Source: Planctomycetota bacterium (GTDB taxonomy: Bacteria > Planctomycetota > SZUA-567 > H5-PLA8). From it: a stretch of 64,000 nucleotides of DNA. Under the pieces are notes generated by a model. The model worked only from the letters and a program-made list of their open reading frames with translations. It was not told the DNA's origin and searched no databases. Location: NCBI GenBank assembly GCA_038227875.1, contig JBBRPR010000004.1, positions 128,001-192,000 of the forward strand, read 5' to 3'. This document shows positions 18,197 to 25,421 of the stretch, piece after piece. Position 1 is the first letter of the stretch. Each line of letters starts with the position of its first letter. A program made the position numbers and the translations under genes.

Positions 18197-19837
18197 TCAG
18201 CCAATCTGTTTTGGCAGTGCATCGAAGGCATGCTGGAGCGATTTCGCCTGACCGGGATTGACCATGGCGACGTAGGCAATCATGCCTTGGAGCCATGCTT
18301 CGAAGTGCGGCAGCTTTGCACGGTTCTGCGCGGCGAGTCCCTCTTTGCCGGCGCGATGAAGAATCGCGCGGAGTCGGCGGGCGAGTTTGCGCGGAACACC
18401 GGGGCGCCGGTTGACAACGATGCCCGTCACCATTTGCGCGGTGTTGGCGCGTTGAATGCGCGTCTTCTTTTCGTTGACGTCGAAGCCTTCGTGTTCGGCG
18501 ATGTGACGGATGCGTGCCAGGAGATAGCCGCTCTTTGCAGCCGCGTCGTGGCTGGCGGAAAATGTGAGATCATCGGCGTAGCGCGTGTAGGTCCAGCCGA
18601 GCTTTGTGGCGATGCCTTTCAAGCGGCGGTCCATCCGGCGCGACGCCAGATTGCTCAGCGCGGGGCTGGTACAGGCGCCCTGCGGCAGCACGCGCGGGCC
18701 GGTGGCGACGTGGTAGACGGTGCCGGCGTACGTCACGGATTTTCGAGGAGACTCCGTGCACAGCAGCGCGAAAATCGTGGCCACGGCCGGGGAGTATCCA
18801 AGCTTCTTGAAGATTCCGCGCACACGGCGGAACGAAACGGTAGGGAAGAAATCCTTCAGGTCCACGTTCACCACCACATTTTGGCCGACGTGCGGCGTCG
18901 CGTTGGTCAAGGTGTTGTGTCCGGGGGTAAATCCGTGTGCGCATTCGGGAATTTCAATGCGCTTGAGAATCTGATTGTAAATCCACTGCTGGCAGCGGGC
19001 GAGATCGCGGTGCGGTGCCGACAATTCGCGCGTCCCACCGCTCTTCTTGGGCACGGTGAAGGTGACGTAATGCGTGCGCGTTGCCGTCTCGGCATGAAAC
19101 GCCAGCCAGCGCAGCCGCTTGATGGACAACTCCAGTGCCTGCGCCACGTCCGCCGGAGTAGCCAGCAGCGGCAGATGAGCGGCGGTGAGCGCTTCGACGT
19201 TCGCGCGGCGATCGGCCAGGCCCTTCGACACGCCGCGTCCCAGGTAGATGATGTCGGTGGCCTTGCGCTGCGCCACGCCTTCGGCGTGTTTCAGTTTGCG
19301 AGCGGCAGCCTCCGCTTTTTTGCGCGCTCTCAGTTCCGCGCGCTCCTGCTCGTTTTGTTTCACAGCCTGCCGCGCCTGGGCTTCGGCATGGGCCAGGTCC
19401 GGCTTCAGGCGCGCCATTTCGTCGCCGATTTTGTGCGCTTCGAGAAGCTGTTCGGGCGTGATCAGTCCGGCGCCGACCATGCCGCGGTCGATGATCTCCG
19501 TACGCGGATCACTGGCCGGCGGAATGAGATCGCGGCGGCCGAACCACGGACTGGAGAAGCGCGAGGTGAGCGCCTTCGCGCGTTTGTTTAATTCATCGCG
19601 GCTCAGCGGCGCGAATTGAGCGAGGTTGAGATTGAGCGTGACCGGTTTGGGCTGCGGCCGGGGTGGCTGACCCGACGCGGGCGCCGCCGGTGCAGTCCGC
19701 GGGGAATTCTGTGGAGCGGGATTCGCGCGCGTTAAACTCGATGCGGTCTGCGGAGCAGGCGCCGCCGGTCCGGCGGGGCGTTCCGGCGCTTTAGCCGGGC
19801 CGAAAAGAAATTCGCGCAACCAATCCGCCAAACCCAT
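18197..19837 (-). CDS. ret: Retron reverse transcriptase, Mx162-like, with a long N-terminal extension
   Basis: PKKSGGTREL, AHGF, retron region X NATPH, DLKDFFP, LPQGACTSP, YTRYADDLTFS, retron region Y VTGIVVN; adjacent msr-msd structure. Confidence 0.93.
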   Translation of the reverse strand: MGLADWLREFLFGPAKAPERPAGPAAPAPQTASSLTRANPAPQNSPRTAPAAPASGQPPRPQPKPVTLNLNLAQFAPLSRDELNKRAKALTSRFSSPWFGRRDLIPPASDPRTEIIDRGMVGAGLITPEQLLEAHKIGDEMARLKPDLAHAEAQARQAVKQNEQERAELRARKKAEAAARKLKHAEGVAQRKATDIIYLGRGVSKGLADRRANVEALTAAHLPLLATPADVAQALELSIKRLRWLAFHAETATRTHYVTFTVPKKSGGTRELSAPHRDLARCQQWIYNQILKRIEIPECAHGFTPGHNTLTNATPHVGQNVVVNVDLKDFFPTVSFRRVRGIFKKLGYSPAVATIFALLCTESPRKSVTYAGTVYHVATGPRVLPQGACTSPALSNLASRRMDRRLKGIATKLGWTYTRYADDLTFSASHDAAAKSGYLLARIRHIAEHEGFDVNEKKTRIQRANTAQMVTGIVVNRRPGVPRKLARRLRAILHRAGKEGLAAQNRAKLPHFEAWLQGMIAYVAMVNPGQAKSLQHAFDALPKQIG

Positions 19838-19871
19838 GAACCGTTCCTATAAATGGAGCGTGCAAAAAAAC

Positions 19872-20099
19872 CGGGCGGGAGCGGCGGCCTTCTGACTTCT
19901 TCCCTATGACCAAGGTCGTTCACCCAAGAGCCAGCGACCAGTGTCGCCGGGTAAACTCTCGGGTTGTTCATGGTCCCGGCGACACTGGTCGCTGGCTCAC
20001 CACGCACAACGGCCTTGGGGACGCATGTACAGGCCAAATGCAACCACGGCGGAACACCGTAGTAGAACTTGTCTCAGTCGGCACGCGCGCTCCCACCCG
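19872..20099 (-). ncRNA. msr-msd: Retron msr-msd non-coding RNA
   Basis: a1/a2 12-bp helix between 20088-20099 and 19872-19883 (one G-U pair in the minus-strand RNA); msr hairpins 20044-20062 and 20011-20035; perfect 24-bp msd stem 19928-19951 / 19975-19998; directly upstream of the RT. Confidence 0.88.
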
Positions 20100-20116
20100 A
20101 AGCAGCATTGAACTTC

Positions 20117-21817
20117 TTATTCACCTTTAAAGAGATATCCAAAGTCGTACCAACGGTCTGATTTCTCCGCAACTCCACTCTTGCCGCTGCGCCAGACCAA
20201 CGCGCGCAACGCCAGCAAATGACGGCATGGCCCCCTGCGGATGCCACCGCGCTGATGATGGATGCACAGGCATTTTCCCCGGCGGATGCGGCCGTCGGGG
20301 TCGATTAGCAATTCGATGGGCGTGCTTTCGGAATTGCCGATGTAAAGCTTGCCGCCGTTGGGCGCGTCCTGTGTGGACTCCAGTTTGACGCGGCCCCTGG
20401 CGATGATTTGACGCGAGGCGATCAGCTCGGGATTCTCCGGGCCCATCTGATCTTCGCCCAGCGCCATGGGCATGATCTGACGCCAGCGGTAGCGCGCGGC
20501 ATGCAGGTCGTAGATCAATTGCCCGGAGTGCGCGAGTTGATTTAACGCCGCAGCCGTTTCGGCAGGACTGGCCGGCACGGTGGCATTGATTTCCGCGAAC
20601 GTCGACGCCTTGGATTCACGAACGCAACGCGAGACGTCGTAGATCATCTGCCGCGGCACTTCCGCCGTCGGCGCGAGCAGATCCAGCGCGCTGCTGCTGG
20701 TCCAATCGTTGGCCGTCCAGCCGGAGAGGCCCAGTGTCAGGCGCATTTCGCCCATGTTGGCGACCCAGAAATGCGGCATTCCGGTGCCCAGCAGATAGAC
20801 ATCCAGGCTCTCGATCAGTGGCAGCAAGCGGGCGAGCACCAGCAGGCGGCGCGTGCCCCAGACGCGGATGGGTTCTCCGCCGGGTCCGTTGTAAACCACG
20901 CCGTGTGCGACAACCGGTTGCTCCCAGGGCTCCAGCACCAGGCGCGGCGCCTGCCCGGGAATCAGTTCAAAGCGCAGTGCCCGCGGGCTTGACCGTGCCT
21001 TGTGGCGCTTGAGCCAGGCGCAAATGGAATATAACACTTCGCGCGTGAGCGTGACTTTACGCATGGGCAAACCCATCGCGCTTTGAATCTGCATGAAGCC
21101 GCGCAGCCACGAAGGCGGCAGGTCGATTTTCTCTTCGCGGTAATCGGCATTGCCCGCGGTGGCGACGCTGAATCCGGCGGGATCGATGCGGAAGCGCGTT
21201 TCCCTGTAGGAGCGCAGGCCCTGGAAATGATTGTAGAGATCCCAGGAGTAATCGACGTTGGTGGTACCGAACTTTTCGCCCTCGGACTTTCCAAAGGCGT
21301 CGCGCTGCACGGTCAGGCAGCCGTAGCTGGATTCGTCGGCCGAGAAACATTCGAAGAACACCACGTCCGGCGCCACGGTGATCACCGGATCGCAGGGCAT
21401 CAACAGCCGCCACATTTCCTGATCGTTTTTGAGCAGGTAGTTGGAATACTTCAGGCGGGCGTCCCAGTAAAGCCGGCGCTGCCGTTCGAATTGCCGTTCG
21501 AAGTCAGCGGGGACGGGCTGGTCCCGTTGCTTCAGGATGTCCACTTTCGCGCGCTCGTATTCTTCGCGCTGAAGATTTGCCATCCGCTCCTGTTCGCGCT
21601 TTTTCCATTCGTCATACGCGCTCTTGTCGCGCGGCTTGAAGCGCAGGTCGTTGATCACTACGTCGTGAAGCGCGGAGACGGCTTCGCGGAACCGCAGGGG
21701 CTTCAGCAATTGCGCGTCGAAAGCAACAGGATCGCGGGCGAGATTGGGCGAGAGGCTGAGCACCTTGCCCTCGCCGCGCAGCGCGCTGCGTCCGAGGTAG
21801 GCGAATTTGACGTTCAT
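20117..21817 (-). CDS. SWIM zinc-finger protein, retron-associated
   Basis: C-terminal CLC-x12-CRH SWIM motif; also DPVITV, FFECFSADESSYG, GTTNVDYS, WLRGFMQIQ, LGLSGWTANDW; ATGA overlap with the upstream gene. Confidence 0.85.
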   Translation of the reverse strand: MNVKFAYLGRSALRGEGKVLSLSPNLARDPVAFDAQLLKPLRFREAVSALHDVVINDLRFKPRDKSAYDEWKKREQERMANLQREEYERAKVDILKQRDQPVPADFERQFERQRRLYWDARLKYSNYLLKNDQEMWRLLMPCDPVITVAPDVVFFECFSADESSYGCLTVQRDAFGKSEGEKFGTTNVDYSWDLYNHFQGLRSYRETRFRIDPAGFSVATAGNADYREEKIDLPPSWLRGFMQIQSAMGLPMRKVTLTREVLYSICAWLKRHKARSSPRALRFELIPGQAPRLVLEPWEQPVVAHGVVYNGPGGEPIRVWGTRRLLVLARLLPLIESLDVYLLGTGMPHFWVANMGEMRLTLGLSGWTANDWTSSSALDLLAPTAEVPRQMIYDVSRCVRESKASTFAEINATVPASPAETAAALNQLAHSGQLIYDLHAARYRWRQIMPMALGEDQMGPENPELIASRQIIARGRVKLESTQDAPNGGKLYIGNSESTPIELLIDPDGRIRRGKCLCIHHQRGGIRRGPCRHLLALRALVWRSGKSGVAEKSDRWYDFGYLFKGE

Positions 21818-23601
21818 TTCTTCGCCTCCAGGGTTGCAGCTTCGAGTTGCAATTCCGGAACGAAGCGCTGGATGCTGCCGGCAATTTCCGGCCGTGCACC
21901 TGCTGCCGCAACCAACGCCGCCAGCCCCGCACGCGCTTCAGACGGACGCACAGAACGCACCGCCACGGCCAACACCGGAAGCAGGTCGACGGCGCGCTGC
22001 GGATTTTCCAGGATCGCCGCGCCGATCTGGCGCACGGCCTTGCCCTTCTGCCGTCCGCCGCGGTGCACACCCAGGAGCACCGCACACCAGACCGGAATCA
22101 GCACGTCGGCGCTGGTGCCCGGCAATTTCGAGCGGACTTCGAGCAGATCGACGAGTTTCAGGCGCACGTCGTCGTAGGGTGTTTCCACCATGCGCGCCCA
22201 GAGGCCCGCGTCGTCGAAAGCGGCGGCCGAATTCGGTGTTCCGGAGACGATCCACTGCCACGCCGCGCCGCGAATTTCGGGTTGCAGGCTGTCGAAGAAA
22301 CGGGAGATCAAATCGCGCACATAGACGTCGCGCCCGCCGAGAATTCCCAGCGCCCACTGGCCCAGCTCCGCGCCGATGGCGCCGCAGCGTGCGGCGGCAA
22401 CCGCGGCGATGGCTTCGCGGTCTTCCGGCGATTCGATGCGTTTGGCTTTCAGCAGCGTAAATCCCAATCGCGCGACGGGCGCGGCGCGTTCGCAGGTCAT
22501 TTCGATCGCCTGCGCCAGTTCCAGCCGCTCGGGCTGGACGAACTTTACAAAGCAGTCGGCGATGATCTGGAGCGCGCTGAGATTGCGCGTCTTCAACAGC
22601 CGCAGCCAGCCGCTCACGGGAAGTTTTTCGAGCCCCGCCGCCGTTTTCAGCAATTCCGCGCCGAAATGCTGGACCTCTTCGTCCTCGTGATCGAGCAGCT
22701 TCAACAAGTCCTCAGGCGAGGCGCCGTGCAGTGCGTCCTGATGCGTGGCGCGCAGCAGTTGGATACTCCAGACGCGCACCAGCCGCGCCTTTGCGTCGGT
22801 GACGAGATTCAGCAGCAGCGGCGCGCACTCGGTTTTGGACCACAGCTTGGGAAACGCGGGCGCGGCGGTGAGATCCGAAAGCCCGCGGTTCTCTTTCAAT
22901 TTGATCTGCGCGGCGCCGAAGAGCAACGCGTCATGGCGCATGAAACAGGCGTGCAGCAGCGACCATGAATCCAGGACGTTGGGCCCGCTCGCGAGGGACT
23001 CGTCGGTGTAGAGCGCCAGCGCGCGTGCAATCAGCGCCGGGTATTCGTTGGGTCGCTGGAAACCCGCGCGCCGGAAATACCGCCACGCGCGGCGACGGAG
23101 GTAATATCGGGTGCTGTAGGAGAACAGCATAAAGCCGTGGCGATTTCTCACCTTGCCGGGCACCGAGACAATGGCGCCGGTCTTGGGATTGCGCGCGGTT
23201 GTGGGCCGGTAGGCATTGCGGGGTGCATAGAGATGTTCGATCGGCACCGCGCGGCGCTCTTCGCGATTCCAGGCGTGGCGCGTGCGGAGGGACCGGCGGA
23301 CCAGCCCGTCGAATCCGGCGAGGAACACCGCCATCAATTCATCGTCTTTGCGCGCTTCGGCGTGCTTGAACAAGCGTTTGACCAGTGGCTGATGGCCGTT
23401 GCGGTCGAACGGCATCGCCGCGTAAGCCAGCATCTGCTGCCGCGCCCACGGTCGCGGGTCCTTCTTCCAGCGTTCGGCCAGACCGGCGAGTTTTTTGGAA
23501 TCGTTTACGTTCCGCAATTCGTCGACAAAGCGCGAATCTTCGGCGTTGAAATACTCATCCATCAGCAACGATGAGCCGGAATTCGCCGACGGAAGCGCCA
23601 T
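21814..23601 (-). CDS. HEAT/ARM-repeat-like helical protein, retron-associated
   Basis: Leu/Ala-rich helical repeats (LLKLLDHEDEEVQHFGAELL, FFDSLQPEIRGAAWQW, ETPYDDVRLKLV); first gene of the retron operon. An alternative start at MDEYF is possible. Confidence 0.7.
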   Translation of the reverse strand: MALPSANSGSSLLMDEYFNAEDSRFVDELRNVNDSKKLAGLAERWKKDPRPWARQQMLAYAAMPFDRNGHQPLVKRLFKHAEARKDDELMAVFLAGFDGLVRRSLRTRHAWNREERRAVPIEHLYAPRNAYRPTTARNPKTGAIVSVPGKVRNRHGFMLFSYSTRYYLRRRAWRYFRRAGFQRPNEYPALIARALALYTDESLASGPNVLDSWSLLHACFMRHDALLFGAAQIKLKENRGLSDLTAAPAFPKLWSKTECAPLLLNLVTDAKARLVRVWSIQLLRATHQDALHGASPEDLLKLLDHEDEEVQHFGAELLKTAAGLEKLPVSGWLRLLKTRNLSALQIIADCFVKFVQPERLELAQAIEMTCERAAPVARLGFTLLKAKRIESPEDREAIAAVAAARCGAIGAELGQWALGILGGRDVYVRDLISRFFDSLQPEIRGAAWQWIVSGTPNSAAAFDDAGLWARMVETPYDDVRLKLVDLLEVRSKLPGTSADVLIPVWCAVLLGVHRGGRQKGKAVRQIGAAILENPQRAVDLLPVLAVAVRSVRPSEARAGLAALVAAAGARPEIAGSIQRFVPELQLEAATLEAKK

Positions 23602-23754
23602 AAACTTTGCTCGCGAGAATAATTTTTTCGGATACGTGAATCACTCTTACTGGCTGGACCGTGCCTCGTCAATAATGGAATCGCGCCAATCGGCGTTGCG
23701 CTTTCCGCATTCCGGCGATTCGAATTTCTGCGCTGCTGCATTATCATCCCAACC

Positions 23755-25419
23755 ATGCCCCTTCACCGCTCGTGGCCTGCCTGGATTATGGCGGGGATTT
23801 TGTTTGCTTATGTTGTGTATCCCGTCGGCGCGATGCTCGGGCAAAGTCTCACGTTGCCGGTCAGTGAATACCGCGCCGACGAGATGGGTTGGAATCCAGA
23901 CCGGCAACCCTACGGCGCGCCGCTGCGGCGGCTGGCGGCGGAAAACAATGCGCTGGAGGCGCTCCGGCGTACGGCGGTGCTTGCGCTGGCGACTGTGCTG
24001 CTCGGCAGCGCGTGGGGCGGGGGACTGGCGCTGCTGTGGTGGCGGCGCGAATTTCCCGGCCGGCGTATTTTCGCGGCGCTGGGGTTTGCGCCGATTCTGC
24101 TCCCGCCGCTGGTGGGCACGATTGCGTTCTTCCGGCTGATTGGCGAAGGAGGCGCGCTCTGGCGACTGCTCGGCAGTGACGGGCGGCCGTTGTTGAGCGG
24201 CTTCGGGCAGGTGCTGATCGTTCATACGTATTCGTTCGGGATTTATGCGTACGCGTACGTCTCGGCGGCGCTGGAAGATCTCGACGTTTCTCAGGAAGAA
24301 GCGGCGCGGAGTCTCGGCGCGTCGGGGTTGCGTGTTTTTCTCACGTCCGTCTGGCCGACGATCCGCGCGCCGCTCCTGGCCAGCGCGTTCATCACGTTCA
24401 TGGCGGCGGCGGCGAGTTTCACTGCGCCGTATTTGCTCGACAACAGTCAGCGCTACCTCACCGTTGAGATTCTGAACAACGAAGGCGATCCGGGCATGCA
24501 ACGCGCGCTCAGCGTGGTGCTCGCCGCGCTGGCGTTGCTGGCGCTGCCGGCGTTTCTCTACATCAATGCGCGTGGAAAATTTGGCGACGATGTGGCGCTG
24601 AGCGTCAAGGGCGCGGCGCGGCGAGAGCTTCCGCCTGTGCATGGCGCCCGGGCGGCGCTGCACGTCGCGGTCTCGTGCGTCGCAGCGGTGATTCTCCTCG
24701 CTCCGCCGGTCACGGTGGTGATCAGCGCATTTGGCGCGCCGACGACGCCGCAGAATTCGTACACGTCGCTGCTGGGCGCGGTGGCGAGTTTGAACTTTGA
24801 CGACTGGAGTTCCATGGGGCGCAGTGCGCTCTATGCGCTCGCGGCGGCCGCGCTGGATATTGCCGTCGCGCTGGGTATCGCCTTGGCTTTACGCCGCAGC
24901 CGCGTGCTGCCGGCGACGCTGGTGGAATTTGCGGTGATGCTGGCCCTGGCGCTGCCGGGCAGCGCACTGGCGATCGCACTGCTCTCGGTTTTCAACGGAC
25001 GTTCGCTGCTGGCGTTTGGTGTGCCGCTGGGCGGCACGGGTGCGATCTTGATTCTCGCGTACTTCATCCGCGATCTGCCGCTGGCCGTGCGGCCCGTGCG
25101 CGCGGCGCTGAGTGCACTCGGCGCGAATCTGGAACATGCAGCGGCGGGCCTGGGCGCGGCGCCGATCAGCGTGCTCTGGCGCGTGACGCTGCCGCTGATG
25201 CTGCCGTCGGTGATTGCGGCGGCGCTGATTTGTTTTATTACCGGGCTGGGCGAATATGTGGCGTCAAAGTTACTGTATGGTCCGCTGACACAACCGGTCA
25301 GCCAGCGCATCGAAGAACTGTCCCGCAGCAGTCCGGCGTCCGGCTATGCTTTGGCGCTGTGGCTGATGCTCGGCAGCGCTGCGGTGATTGGGATTTCGCG
25401 GGTGGTTCGGAGGAGATGA
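23755..25419 (+). CDS. ABC transporter permease, Fe3+/thiamine (FbpB-like) two-domain type
   Basis: Many TM segments; two EAA loops (EEAARSLGAS, EHAAAGLGAA). Confidence 0.88.
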   Translation: MPLHRSWPAWIMAGILFAYVVYPVGAMLGQSLTLPVSEYRADEMGWNPDRQPYGAPLRRLAAENNALEALRRTAVLALATVLLGSAWGGGLALLWWRREFPGRRIFAALGFAPILLPPLVGTIAFFRLIGEGGALWRLLGSDGRPLLSGFGQVLIVHTYSFGIYAYAYVSAALEDLDVSQEEAARSLGASGLRVFLTSVWPTIRAPLLASAFITFMAAAASFTAPYLLDNSQRYLTVEILNNEGDPGMQRALSVVLAALALLALPAFLYINARGKFGDDVALSVKGAARRELPPVHGARAALHVAVSCVAAVILLAPPVTVVISAFGAPTTPQNSYTSLLGAVASLNFDDWSSMGRSALYALAAAALDIAVALGIALALRRSRVLPATLVEFAVMLALALPGSALAIALLSVFNGRSLLAFGVPLGGTGAILILAYFIRDLPLAVRPVRAALSALGANLEHAAAGLGAAPISVLWRVTLPLMLPSVIAAALICFITGLGEYVASKLLYGPLTQPVSQRIEELSRSSPASGYALALWLMLGSAAVIGISRVVRRR

Positions 25420-25421
25420 AG

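Noticed and set aside
17094..18296. Extended N-termini in the ORF track (e.g. 18296, 1732, 29415, 29471, 25230, 48870, 51434)
   Set aside because: They overlap neighbouring genes or promoters; downstream starts fit RBS positions and domain boundaries better.
18197..19837. RT as a group II intron, DGR or CRISPR-associated RT
   Set aside because: It has retron X/Y motifs and an msr-msd structure. I saw no maturase/endonuclease domain, TR/VR pair, cas genes or array.
19928..19998. 24-bp stem as a simple terminator
   Set aside because: Long loop, no adjacent U tract, and it is nested inside a1/a2 repeats as expected for msd.
19732..20130. Short ORFs 19732-20043 and 19906-20130 over the retron spacer
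   Set aside because: Better explained as msr-msd ncRNA; no protein motifs.
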